From NCBI GenBank assembly GCA_963934255.1, contig CAWVXU010000015.1, positions 1 to 41,072 on the forward strand: a stretch of DNA of 41,072 nt, given 5' to 3'. Positions within the stretch are counted from its first letter, which is position 1; each line of letters begins with the position of its first letter. Of the stretch, positions 22,708 through 32,563 are shown in pieces. The notes below the pieces were generated by a model that did no database searches, was not told where the DNA came from, and worked only from the letters and a program-made list of their open reading frames with translations. Position numbers and translations under genes: made by a program. This DNA is from an uncultured Fibrobacterales bacterium. GTDB lineage: Bacteria > Fibrobacterota > Fibrobacteria > Fibrobacterales > CAWVXU01.

Positions 22708-23403
22708 TTAGGTACCACGTTCATCTGACCATAATTGAACATGTAATCGGTTGCAAAAAGTGAATCCTTTATCCATCGCCCATTGAGCTACAAGTATACT
22801 ATGTTCTTGATATTGTTGAGGGTTCTGAGTAAATGGCATCAGGAATACCCTCTCATTACGCGGGACTGATAGTTGTGATAGAATTTCTTCAATCTCTTCT
22901 AGATCCCGCATGTCTCCAGTAACAAATTTCCATTGAATATCAGAGCTGTGTAGTACAAACTGTGCCATAGAATCACGTTGCTGACGATATTTCTGATGAA
23001 CTCTTAACCTCTCAGGCTCATCAACTGGATCTGAATTTTTTGTCTTAGGACTGATAGAAATCAAATCTGCATTTGTTTTTAGATAAATAATTCCTGCAGT
23101 CTCAATAGTCACCGTTTTACCTAAATCTTTGACAGATGATACTAGTTGAGGCAAGTTCTTAAATTGATAAGGCTCTCCGCCAGTGATAACCACATGACTC
23201 GCTTGAGGATTTTTTTCAATCTCCTTGAGTATTTCTGCAATATCATACAATCTCCCCTCAGGCTTCCAACTAGCATAAGGAGTGTCACACCAAGTACAAC
23301 TCATTGGACAACCAGAAAGTCTTATAAAAGTCGATGGTACTCCATGATATATACCCTCGCCCTGCAAGGAATAAAAAATCTCTGATATAAAAAACTTCAT
23401 CAA
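22708..23403 (-). CDS. queE: 7-carboxy-7-deazaguanine synthase (radical SAM)
   Basis: EIFYSLQGEG, GCPMSCTWCDT, ITGGEP, IETAG, ISPK and RLHVQLW. Confidence 0.92.
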   Translation of the reverse strand: MMKFFISEIFYSLQGEGIYHGVPSTFIRLSGCPMSCTWCDTPYASWKPEGRLYDIAEILKEIEKNPQASHVVITGGEPYQFKNLPQLVSSVKDLGKTVTIETAGIIYLKTNADLISISPKTKNSDPVDEPERLRVHQKYRQQRDSMAQFVLHSSDIQWKFVTGDMRDLEEIEEILSQLSVPRNERVFLMPFTQNPQQYQEHSILVAQWAMDKGFTFCNRLHVQLWSDERGT

Positions 23404-23497
23404 TTAGCCTTTTCTAAAATTCTTAACAAGTAACACAACCCAAATAACACCTTGCAACAGATTTAATCTTGTGATATTAAACAAGCGACAATTCGTT

Positions 23498-25123
23498 TTA
23501 TGAACTACAAGAAAGCATTGAACAACCAGGCTTCACCCTAGCCCATTCCGGTCTTTTGGCAGCGAAATGCTCTTTACCTTTTTGTTCAATATATGGGGTT
23601 TTTAAGATATGAAGCATCTCATGAATCCTTGAATAATCCCCTTGATGAGCAAGATCAATAGCCTCCTGAGCCAAATAATTTCTCATGACATAGAGAGGAT
23701 TCGTTTGGTCCATCAACATTTGATAATTAAGCTTTTGTGATTCATTATTAACTTGAAAATTTTGAATAGAATCATTATTTAGTTTGCTAGACCAAATTTG
23801 GATCCAGTCAATGAAATCATGACAATAAGATTGAGTGAGTTCATCTTCATTATAAAAAGCTTCTTTTAAAATATCCGGAAATAAAATTTCTTCTTGGAGT
23901 GCGATAGTTAGATGGGTGTAATTATTAAGATCTAGCTTGGCTAGATTTCTAAATATTAAGACATAATCGACTTCTACCTGGCTTAAAAGCTTTAAAAGAT
24001 CTAAGATCCATTTAAAATCATCCTCTTCAGATAAGCTTTTGATGCCTAATTTATTGCCCATCATCACCCGCCATTTAGAATTAAAATCAACACTGTATTG
24101 ATCGATAACTTCTTGTAAAGGTTTAACATCATTGACCAAAGGAAATAAGGCATTGGCAAGCTGAGTGATATTCCATCTAGCTACGGCAGGCTGTGCACCA
24201 AATGCATAGCGTTTATTTTGACTATCAGTAGTATTAGGTGTCCAATTAGGATCATAAGATTCAAGCCACCCATACGGACCATAATCAATTGTTTCGCCAA
24301 GAATAGAGAGATTGTCCGTATTCATCACACCATGTACAAAACCTACTCGCATCCAGTCAATCATTAAATCAGCCGTTAATTTAGTCACTTCTTTTAAAAA
24401 GCCAATATAATCACTTGGTTCAATTTGAGGAAAATGAGACTTGATAGTATAATCCGCTAGAGTTTTTAGCTCTTCAATTTCACCGCGAGCAGAAAATATT
24501 TCAAAGTGACCAAATCGAATAAAACTCTCACTCACACGACATACGATTGCACCAGGTTCTTCTTGAGCGTGTCCATCATAAAACATATCACGAACAACAT
24601 TGTCACCCGATAAAGAGAGCGATAATGCACGAGTGGTACTCACACCCAAATGAAACATCGCTTCACTGCATAGAAATTCTCTCACCGATGAACGAAGTAC
24701 AGCAAAACCATCCCCTTTACGAGAATAGGCAGTCGGACCAGCGCCTTTTAACTGAAGAGACCTATGAAGGTTGTTTTCAAGTATAATCGTTCCAAGATTG
24801 ATCGCACGACCATCGCCTAGTTGTCCGGCCCAATTCCCAAATTGATGTCCTCCATAATTCATGGCAAATGGCTTCATACCATCAGGTATTTGATTACCAG
24901 TGAAGATTTGAGCAAATACAGTCTCACCTAGGCAGTCGGCTTCCTTAATTTTGATATTGAGTGCACTTAACATCTCAACCGAGACAGCAACACACTGAGG
25001 CTGAGAACACTGCTTGGGCTGTACATAGGCAAAATGGGCGCCAGGAGTTTGACGAGCAACAGGCCTATCTAATACATCAGGCTTTAATTCATTTGTAAAT
25101 GAATGATCTAATTCAAATTTCAT
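23498..25123 (-). CDS. selO: Protein adenylyltransferase SelO (YdiU)
   Basis: YGGHQFG.WAGQLGDGRA, QLKGAG.T.YSR.GDG, GFVHGVMNTDN, IDYGPYG and C-terminal GCSMLSCSS. Confidence 0.96.
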   Translation of the reverse strand: MKFELDHSFTNELKPDVLDRPVARQTPGAHFAYVQPKQCSQPQCVAVSVEMLSALNIKIKEADCLGETVFAQIFTGNQIPDGMKPFAMNYGGHQFGNWAGQLGDGRAINLGTIILENNLHRSLQLKGAGPTAYSRKGDGFAVLRSSVREFLCSEAMFHLGVSTTRALSLSLSGDNVVRDMFYDGHAQEEPGAIVCRVSESFIRFGHFEIFSARGEIEELKTLADYTIKSHFPQIEPSDYIGFLKEVTKLTADLMIDWMRVGFVHGVMNTDNLSILGETIDYGPYGWLESYDPNWTPNTTDSQNKRYAFGAQPAVARWNITQLANALFPLVNDVKPLQEVIDQYSVDFNSKWRVMMGNKLGIKSLSEEDDFKWILDLLKLLSQVEVDYVLIFRNLAKLDLNNYTHLTIALQEEILFPDILKEAFYNEDELTQSYCHDFIDWIQIWSSKLNNDSIQNFQVNNESQKLNYQMLMDQTNPLYVMRNYLAQEAIDLAHQGDYSRIHEMLHILKTPYIEQKGKEHFAAKRPEWARVKPGCSMLSCSS

Positions 25124-25204
25124 GATTAGAATTTAAATAAAACTTCACCTTAAAACACTGTACCAGTAGAATCTAACGAATAAAAGTAAGAACCAGCCTT
25201 ATCC

Positions 25205-26812
25205 TTAGATCAGTTCTTTAAAGAAATCATTCCCTTTATCATCTACAATGATAAAGGCAGGAAAATTCTCCACGGTTATTTTACGAACAGCTTCCATTCC
25301 ATCTTCTTCAAAATCAATTACTTCCACAGACTTTATATTTTCTTGAGCTAAAATTGCAGCCGGACCACCAATTGAACCAAGGTAAAAACCTCCGTTTGCC
25401 TGGCAAGCATCTGTCACACCTTGAGAGCGATTACCTTTAGCGAGCATGACAAGAGAACCTCCAGCTTTTTGGAATCTTTCGGTATATGGATCCATTCTAT
25501 TTGCCGTTGTAGGCCCAAATGACCCTGTAGGCATTCCTTCAGGTGTTTTGGCTGGTCCTGCATAGTAAACAGGGTATTTCTTCATATAATCAGGCATCTC
25601 TTCGCCACGATCGAGCATATCATTAATTCTTGCATGTGCGATATCACGAGCGACAACAATAGTACCCGATAACGACAGGCGTGTTTTGACTGGATATTTT
25701 GAAAGTTCAGCTAAAACCTCTTCCATCGGCTTATCAAGATCAATCTCAACAGCTGGTGCCATCTTAATACTACCCTCTTCAGGCACGAGTCTACCTGGAT
25801 TCTCTTCCATTTGCTCAATGAAAAGCCCATCTCTTGTGATCTTAGCTTTGATATTTCTATCGGCTGAACAAGAGACTGCCATCCCAACAGGACACGATGC
25901 CCCATGACGCGGTGCGCGTATGACTTTAACATCATGAGCAAAATATTTTCCACCAAATTGAGCACCAATACCCAATTCTTGGGTCATTTGGAATATCTTA
26001 GCTTCCCACTCAAGGTCGCGGTAGACATGTCCACCAGTCCCACCTTCAGTCGGAAGTCCATCAAGGAACCCAGCTGACGCAAGTTTTACCATCTTCATTG
26101 TAAATTCAGCGCTTGTTCCGCCAATGACAATTGCCAAATGATAAGGAGGGCATGCTGCTGTGCCTAAAGTCTTAATCTTTTCACGCATGAAAGTCTCAAG
26201 ACCGATGGGGTTTAAAAGTGATTTAGTTTGTTGAAAAAGGTAAGTCTTGTTGGCTGAACCACCACCTTTAGCTAAAAATAAAAACTTATATTCGGATCCT
26301 TGATCAGCCATCAAATCCACTTGAGCAGGTAAATTTGATTGGGTATTTACTTCGCTAAACATGTCTACTGGTGACATTTGAGAAAATCTAAGGTTTTCTT
26401 GATCAAACGTTTGGAATATACCTTTAGAAAGCTCAAATTCATCATCGCAGTTTGTCCAAACTCGCTGCCCCTTCTTGCCCAAAACAATTGCAGTACCTGT
26501 ATCTTGACAGGTGGGTAAGATACCCTTGATTGCTGTTGCAGAGTTTTGCAACAATGTTTTAGCAACAAAGCGGTCATTTTCTGAGGCTTCAGGGTCATCT
26601 AGGATTTTGGCAACTTTTTCTAAATGAGCAGGCCTTAGCTTAAATGAGACATCTTTCATCGCTTCACGTGCGATGATTTGAAGTGCTTCAGGCTCAATTT
26701 TAATTACTTCTTCGCCGTCAATTTCGAAAGTTGAGACAAAGTCCCCTTCAATTTTGCGATACTCTGTCAGGTCTTTGCCATATTGTACTAAGCGGTTGAA
26801 TTCAAAAGCCAT
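25205..26812 (-). CDS. fumA: Class I (Fe-S) fumarate hydratase
   Basis: [40 protein letters not shown] and GPTTANRMD. Confidence 0.95.
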   Translation of the reverse strand: MAFEFNRLVQYGKDLTEYRKIEGDFVSTFEIDGEEVIKIEPEALQIIAREAMKDVSFKLRPAHLEKVAKILDDPEASENDRFVAKTLLQNSATAIKGILPTCQDTGTAIVLGKKGQRVWTNCDDEFELSKGIFQTFDQENLRFSQMSPVDMFSEVNTQSNLPAQVDLMADQGSEYKFLFLAKGGGSANKTYLFQQTKSLLNPIGLETFMREKIKTLGTAACPPYHLAIVIGGTSAEFTMKMVKLASAGFLDGLPTEGGTGGHVYRDLEWEAKIFQMTQELGIGAQFGGKYFAHDVKVIRAPRHGASCPVGMAVSCSADRNIKAKITRDGLFIEQMEENPGRLVPEEGSIKMAPAVEIDLDKPMEEVLAELSKYPVKTRLSLSGTIVVARDIAHARINDMLDRGEEMPDYMKKYPVYYAGPAKTPEGMPTGSFGPTTANRMDPYTERFQKAGGSLVMLAKGNRSQGVTDACQANGGFYLGSIGGPAAILAQENIKSVEVIDFEEDGMEAVRKITVENFPAFIIVDDKGNDFFKELI

Positions 26813-26866
26813 TGAAGAACTCCTATAAAAGTGGTATTATATTACTAAGTAAGGTAAATATATATA

Positions 26867-27256
26867 ATGAATACAAAAGTTAAGAATACAGTATTAGTTG
26901 TAGGTGCGTCTGATAAACCGGACCGATATTCAACTCGAGCCATCAAAATGCTTCAAGATGCCAAGTATACTATAATCGGAATCCACCCTTCTTTACGAGT
27001 AGCAGAAGGGACTGACGTATACCCAAGCCTTGATCAGATCCCTGAGGCACTATCAAATACCATTGACACAGTCACGATGTATGTCAACACGCAAGTCAGT
27101 GACAATATGATAGAAAGTTTAAAACGACTTTCTCCTAGAAGGATTATATGGAATCCTGGATCCGAAAACCTATCCGTAATTGATAGGCTTAAAGAGACTT
27201 CAATTCAAAACATAGAAGCCTGCACCTTAGTACTTTTATCCACAGATCAATTTTAA
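26867..27256 (+). CDS. CoA-binding protein (YccU-like)
   Basis: VVGASDKPDRYS, IDTVTMYV, WNPGSEN and EACTLVLL. Confidence 0.9.
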   Translation: MNTKVKNTVLVVGASDKPDRYSTRAIKMLQDAKYTIIGIHPSLRVAEGTDVYPSLDQIPEALSNTIDTVTMYVNTQVSDNMIESLKRLSPRRIIWNPGSENLSVIDRLKETSIQNIEACTLVLLSTDQF

Positions 27257-27329
27257 TAATGAATAAAAGCAAAACTTCATTTTAAACTATAAAGCAACAA
27301 AACAATGAAATGGTAGTAGGAGCCTAATA

Positions 27330-29324
27330 ATGGAAAGCAAATTAACAATTTTAAGAAATACAAATTTTACTTATTTAATTAAGTATTTACCTTTCTTGAT
27401 CCTTTTTTTAATTACTCAGTCCTTTTCTATTGAAAATCCATTAGCAAAAAGAACAAACTTACTCGCTGAAAGAAACCAAGCTATATCCAATAAAATTGAT
27501 TCACTAAAAATAGTCCAAGTGCAAAAAAATCGAGAAATGGATTCACTTGCAATTGCCATGGGGGGACTCCTAAAAATAAATGATTCACTAATCTTAGATT
27601 TAGATATTGTTAGTCCCATGACTAAAAGTGTCGATTCTAAACACAAGGTATATAGAGACATTAATGATTCATTAGTCAATTTAATTAAACAAACCAAGAC
27701 CGATATTATTGAGAGTCATCAAAGAATTGACTCGCTAAAGCTCTATAATGATTCACTCAAAACGAATTCATCTATCTTGTTGGTCAAAATAGATTCTACT
27801 CAACATAAGAAGGAACTTATCAATATTGAATTAGATAGTACTCTATCCAATAGTCATCAATATAAAAGAAATAAAGCACTCACTAACACCTTAGATACAA
27901 ATAAAAGAATCATAACACTGTTAGAATTTAAACGTGACTCCACAAAATTATACCTTAAAAATTTAAAGAATAAATACGATGTACTTGAAAAAGTACTACA
28001 AACTAAGCAATCTTTAATATCAAGTACACTTTCAGTTATTGACTCTCTCAAACAGGAAAACCTATTTGTTGCTGGCTCAATCGATTCAATTAAACTCTCC
28101 AATGACTTAACTCAGTTGAAGCTTGATTCCATTACATTAATTAAAACCAATATGATTAAAAGTGACACCTTACTTCAAAAACTCAAACTGACAAATGACG
28201 ATATTTCTTTAATAAAAAAAAATATCGCATCCACACAAAGCTTTATTCAACAAGCTGGCTTCATAAATGATTCCATTATTAAAGTAATTAACCAACAAAA
28301 AATAAGTCTTGAAAAAAATAATTCTATCAATGACTCTTTAAATCTTTTCCTTAACTCCATTGCTACTCGAGAGAAATCCCTTATAAATCAGGAAAAATTA
28401 AACAAAATACAAGTAGATAATTTAAAGAACGAACAGATACAAGAACAGGTCAAAATTGACAAACTTATGCCACGCTATGATTCAATTCAAAGCCAGTATA
28501 AAATTCAAAATGATATCTATCTCAACACGAGAAAAAAAACAGACTCTTTGCATCAACTTAAAATCATGAGCGATAAAGAAATTGTACTACTACAATCAGA
28601 AATTGACAAAAGTATTAAATTGAACTATTACGTCACCCAACAAGGTAATGATGACATAATCAAACGAAACAATTCAGAAGAAATAATCGAAGAGTTAAAG
28701 ACAAAAATTGATAGTTTAAAGAAAAGCAGCATTGAGCTTAAATTAAAAAATTCAAAAGAAATTCAAAAATTCTCGAAAAAGCATCACGTGATAGATTCCC
28801 TCACTCTCATTGTAGATAAATTAAGTGATAACCAAAGAACTGAAAAGTTCAAACTAGATTCTTTGTCACTCACAAACCAACACAATACGATAGAAGCCGA
28901 TTCACTTCAAATTGCAATCAATCAAATTAAATTTAAAACTATAATAGGTGAACTCAAAAGAAAACAATTTGAACTTGAAGCACAAAATAATTCTTTACTT
29001 GACAAAATCGAAGATCATAAAGAAAAAATATTAAAAGAAACTCAAGAGAATATTGAACTGAAATCAACTACTGAAAAACCTTCTGATCCACAAGAAACCA
29101 TGAAAGAACAAGGAACTGTCTTATTCGTTTCTGATGAATCATCAAAAACGACTAAAGAAAAAATATTAAAAGACACTCAGGTGAATATTGAACTGAATTC
29201 AAGTACTGAAAAAACTTCTGATTCACAAGAAACCATGAAAGAACAAGGAACTGTCTTATTCGTTTCTGATGAATCGTCAAAAACGACTAAAGAAAAATTA
29301 CTTCTAGAGAAACCAAATCCTTAA
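27330..29324 (+). CDS. Secreted long coiled-coil protein with 21 heptad-phased D-S/T-L/I/T motifs
   Basis: AGGAG RBS, signal peptide (LPFLILFLITQSFS), heptad pattern over about 540 aa and a C-terminal 45-aa duplication. Confidence 0.85.
   Translation: MESKLTILRNTNFTYLIKYLPFLILFLITQSFSIENPLAKRTNLLAERNQAISNKIDSLKIVQVQKNREMDSLAIAMGGLLKINDSLILDLDIVSPMTKSVDSKHKVYRDINDSLVNLIKQTKTDIIESHQRIDSLKLYNDSLKTNSSILLVKIDSTQHKKELINIELDSTLSNSHQYKRNKALTNTLDTNKRIITLLEFKRDSTKLYLKNLKNKYDVLEKVLQTKQSLISSTLSVIDSLKQENLFVAGSIDSIKLSNDLTQLKLDSITLIKTNMIKSDTLLQKLKLTNDDISLIKKNIASTQSFIQQAGFINDSIIKVINQQKISLEKNNSINDSLNLFLNSIATREKSLINQEKLNKIQVDNLKNEQIQEQVKIDKLMPRYDSIQSQYKIQNDIYLNTRKKTDSLHQLKIMSDKEIVLLQSEIDKSIKLNYYVTQQGNDDIIKRNNSEEIIEELKTKIDSLKKSSIELKLKNSKEIQKFSKKHHVIDSLTLIVDKLSDNQRTEKFKLDSLSLTNQHNTIEADSLQIAINQIKFKTIIGELKRKQFELEAQNNSLLDKIEDHKEKILKETQENIELKSTTEKPSDPQETMKEQGTVLFVSDESSKTTKEKILKDTQVNIELNSSTEKTSDSQETMKEQGTVLFVSDESSKTTKEKLLLEKPNP
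29018..29297 (+). repeat. 135-bp intragenic tandem duplication (two copies plus the start of a third)
   Basis: Units start at 29019, 29154 and 29289. The unit encodes KEKILKxTQxNIELxSxTEKxSDxQETMKEQGTVLFVSDESSKTT. Confidence 0.97.
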
Positions 29325-29844
29325 CGCATCAGTAGCCATTATTGAAACTTTGCATCCCACCTTGGGGGCTCAAGTATTACTAATGCAAAGAACAGCAAAT
29401 AAAAATGATCCTTGGTCAGGACATTGGTGTTTTCCAGGCGGTAAAATTGAAGACAACGAAACCCCATTGGAATGCGCTGTACGTGAAACTTTTGAAGAAA
29501 TTGGATTACTATTAGACGTCCAAAATCTTCATCTCACGATGGAGCCAAAAACCGCAGGTAATGCCATTGGGCGAGCTGTTAAGACCCAACCTTATGCATT
29601 CAAAGTAGCCTTTGACATAATAAATGACTATCAATTCATATTAGAGCCTAGTGAAGTTCAACAATATCAATGGATTAATTTATCTGACTTCAATCAGGAA
29701 AGTTCTCATCAAGTATTTCAACCAGGTGGATTAGCCGCGGCAAAAAGCCAAACTTTTCCAAGCTTCCCAATTAAAAATAATAACCACCCGATGCCTCTTT
29801 GGGGGTTTACCTACGAAGTGTTAAAGTCCTATTGGCAAATCTAA
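29317..29844 (+). CDS. Nudix hydrolase, CoA pyrophosphatase-like; start codon uncertain
   Basis: DPWSGHWCFPGGKIE..ETPLECAVRETFEEIGL and LWGFTY. The in-frame conserved strand NASVAII lies upstream of the first canonical start (TTG 29350). Confidence 0.85.
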   Translation: MLNASVAIIETLHPTLGAQVLLMQRTANKNDPWSGHWCFPGGKIEDNETPLECAVRETFEEIGLLLDVQNLHLTMEPKTAGNAIGRAVKTQPYAFKVAFDIINDYQFILEPSEVQQYQWINLSDFNQESSHQVFQPGGLAAAKSQTFPSFPIKNNNHPMPLWGFTYEVLKSYWQI

Positions 29845-30818
29845 GTGGACCATTTGTTTTTTCGAAACCAGCAAACAGATAATGAAGACTCTCTCACTTT
29901 CACATCCTGACTGGGTTTAAAATCTAAATCTTGACCGCCTTCTTCAATGCATTTCCAATTAAATGGTTTAGCCCATGTTTTCAAATCAGAATTCGCAATA
30001 TCCGAAGCATTGGTGCTCAGAAGCAGACGACCACCAGGCTTGAGGATTTGATCAATTTGCTCTAATAGTCCCGCTAACTCTTTATGGACAGACCATGTTT
30101 TCTTTTTATACCGGGCAAATGTAGGTGGGTCCAAAACAATAAAATCAAACTGTTTCTCTTTACGAATACAAAATTCTAAGAATTTTCTACTATCCTCACG
30201 GACAAACCCATGTAAATTTGGATCAATTCCGCTAAGTTGATAATTGCGCTTACCTCGATCTAATATCTTACCAGAGATATCCACATTACAAGTGTATTGA
30301 GCTCCGGCCATGGCCGAATGTAACCCAAATGAACATGTATAACTAAAAAGATTCAGTAATTTGATCTCACCAAAGGATTCAGTCAATTGATCTAAAATCA
30401 ATTCTGATTGCTTTAATCTAAAGTGTCTCATATCTAAAAAAAGACCTGGATTAATAGTGTCTAGTAAGTCAACTTCTACACAAACAATTCCTTCTCGGAC
30501 TTTGGTTAAAGAAGAACTACCCTCAACTTGAAACAAAATACTGATATCGGGTTTTTGTAAAGAGGCCCCTGATGCTGAAACACGTGTCTTTAAGCAAATA
30601 AATTCAGCGCCAAGCTCTTTTAAAAATGACACACAAGTTTGGATGATATCTTCAGTTTGTGCTTTAAAGAGCTGAATTTGATAATGATGCTTGAACTGAT
30701 CAATTGTCAAACCTTCAATCCCATCAGCTAAGCCATTAAATAGACGAATGGCTTCGAGGGTTGTTGGTTGTCGAGCCACGGAGGCTGATCTTAATTTTTC
30801 GTAAACGCTTTTCATCAT
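29841..30818 (-). CDS. RlmI/RlmK-like SAM-dependent methyltransferase
   Basis: GLFLDMR, LLNLFSYTCSFG, NVDIS and FDFIVLDPPTF. Confidence 0.88.
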   Translation of the reverse strand: MMKSVYEKLRSASVARQPTTLEAIRLFNGLADGIEGLTIDQFKHHYQIQLFKAQTEDIIQTCVSFLKELGAEFICLKTRVSASGASLQKPDISILFQVEGSSSLTKVREGIVCVEVDLLDTINPGLFLDMRHFRLKQSELILDQLTESFGEIKLLNLFSYTCSFGLHSAMAGAQYTCNVDISGKILDRGKRNYQLSGIDPNLHGFVREDSRKFLEFCIRKEKQFDFIVLDPPTFARYKKKTWSVHKELAGLLEQIDQILKPGGRLLLSTNASDIANSDLKTWAKPFNWKCIEEGGQDLDFKPSQDVKVRESSLSVCWFRKNKWST

Positions 30819-31048
30819 AACACAAAGGTAGACAAATTTTTACCTAGGAAATTTCAACTAAGGCAGAATTAGCCCTCATATCTATTTAAAAAAAGTACGA
30901 TTTTGCCCTAAAGGTCTTTCTCAATTCATCCGATACCTTCTATAGGGCACTCTTTATTGAGACTAAAAGCTTTGTTTTTAAGTTAATTTCGGCACTATTA
31001 CCTATTCCCGCCCTATATTTCCCCATTAAATTCTTGGTTGATAATTAA

Positions 31049-31064
31049 TGGCATATTCTTCGCT
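31049..31064 (+). promoter_or_regulatory. Sigma54 (-24/-12) promoter upstream of flgB
   Basis: TGGCATATTCTTCGCT: GG at 31050-51 and GC at 31062-63, separated by exactly 10 nt, about 40 nt before the ATG. Confidence 0.7.
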
Positions 31065-31104
31065 ATAAGAATATTAGAAAGAACTATGTCTCGGGAGAAT
31101 CGCC

Positions 31105-31521
31105 ATGGATGTCAGAAATTACCTGTTTGGAAAAACTACACGTACGCTTGTCTATAAAAGCCTAGATGCCAATATGATGAAGCAACGCGCCATTGCCAAT
31201 AATATTGCCAATGTTAATACTGAAGGTTACTTGCGAAAAGAAGTTAGCTTTGAAGATCGCCTTCAAGGTATACTAGATAAAAAAATCGATGCCGATACCC
31301 CCAACAGCCGTCATATAGAGATGGGTAAAGCTGCTGCTATCAAAGCAATGAAGCCCCTTGCCTATGAAGCCAATGACAAAACTCTACCTGGTGAGATTAA
31401 TAATGTTGATATTGATTTAGAAATGTCCAAATTAGCTGAAAACCAGATTCAATATCAATTCGGTGTAAGATTTTCTGGATTCGATGGTTACCTTGCTGCT
31501 ATATCTGGACAAGCCCGCTAA
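31105..31521 (+). CDS. flgB: Flagellar basal-body rod protein FlgB
   Basis: QRAIANNIANVNTEGY..KEVSFE and NNVDIDLEMSKLAENQIQY, with a GGGAG RBS. Confidence 0.95.
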   Translation: MDVRNYLFGKTTRTLVYKSLDANMMKQRAIANNIANVNTEGYLRKEVSFEDRLQGILDKKIDADTPNSRHIEMGKAAAIKAMKPLAYEANDKTLPGEINNVDIDLEMSKLAENQIQYQFGVRFSGFDGYLAAISGQAR

Positions 31522-31530
31522 TAAGCTACG

Positions 31531-32538
31531 CTACTTAAATACTTCAATAGCATTATAACCATGAAGATCAGAAGTCCATTTTACTCGACGTCCTCCGACC
31601 TTGATATCTAGAAGATTCCACATTTTAATACCGCCCCCATCAAGAGCCCATTTTTTCACCTCGGAGTGAGAAATCTTCATATCGTGATTCACTATCTTAT
31701 ACCAATCCCAAATCGGAGCATTTTGTTGGTCAGAAATAATTGGCCAAAGCTGAGAAAACATCCATGTTTTTTCCGCTTTGAGAAGCTCTACCATTGATTC
31801 AATCATATCATTTTGCTCCTGAACACTCTTGAGGATAAAATCTCCGTGAACATCAATAGGGTCCTTATTTTCTTGATAAAGAGCCAACTTCATTTGAACT
31901 GAGTTAACATTTAAGGACAACTTTGGAGTCGCTTTGTGTGAAAGAGTACAAGATGAGGCACAGTCTTTTATGTTTCCTTGAAACTCACTGAAGTCCCAAG
32001 GTTTATTCCATTTCACATCAACAGACTTCCACTGAAAGCTTGCTAATTCAAGCTCAACCATTCGCATGGAATATTGCCCGCCGGAAAGACCTTTTTGCTT
32101 AGGTACCATTTCAGTCAATGCGGTAATGATTCCTGCCTCAAACCTCACCCAAACTTGAGTAGCTTGGGGCCTGATTAATTGAGCAACTTCTTTTACAAGA
32201 GCCTTTGAACCTTTCCAATCACTAATATCATTCCAAATTGCACCATGAGAATGAAGATCCAAAATACTCCATACAAACTCATCATCAAAGGGTTTTAAAC
32301 TACCAAAATCCACCACTTTCACATGAGGGCTAGCTTCTAGTATTTTAGCTAAAATCTTGGGCTTACTATTGACCAAAAGCACCTTGGGTGACTGGAAATT
32401 AAACTGAGTCCTCAGCTTAGATAAGGATTGACCAAGTATTTTCTTATCTGAACTCACTTCAGCGGCATATACTGTAGAGAGAAAAATGGTGAAAATTGAA
32501 ACAGACACAAGTCTAGTGATTATTTTTTTCACGTACAT
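31531..32538 (-). CDS. Secreted hypothetical protein
   Basis: AGGAG RBS 5 nt before the ATG at 32538 and a signal peptide ending STVYA. Trp-rich; no family recognised. Confidence 0.7.
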   Translation of the reverse strand: MYVKKIITRLVSVSIFTIFLSTVYAAEVSSDKKILGQSLSKLRTQFNFQSPKVLLVNSKPKILAKILEASPHVKVVDFGSLKPFDDEFVWSILDLHSHGAIWNDISDWKGSKALVKEVAQLIRPQATQVWVRFEAGIITALTEMVPKQKGLSGGQYSMRMVELELASFQWKSVDVKWNKPWDFSEFQGNIKDCASSCTLSHKATPKLSLNVNSVQMKLALYQENKDPIDVHGDFILKSVQEQNDMIESMVELLKAEKTWMFSQLWPIISDQQNAPIWDWYKIVNHDMKISHSEVKKWALDGGGIKMWNLLDIKVGGRRVKWTSDLHGYNAIEVFK

Positions 32539-32563
32539 TGACACTCCTGAAATAAGCTAATAT

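Noticed and set aside
22708..23403. queE as part of a 7-deazaguanine DNA modification (dpd) defence island
   Set aside because: No dpdA, queC, queD or folE neighbours; the context is housekeeping.
23404..23497. Possible preQ1 riboswitch upstream of queE
   Set aside because: No preQ1-type stem-loop with A-rich tail is visible on the minus strand.
23498..23530. Selenocysteine recoding in SelO
   Set aside because: The C-terminus encodes Cys (CSS) and ends in TAA, with no in-frame TGA.
30820..31104. Possible c-di-GMP riboswitch upstream of flgB
   Set aside because: Conserved GGCAAA / GCAAA-type elements are absent, and the hairpins lie upstream of the predicted promoter.
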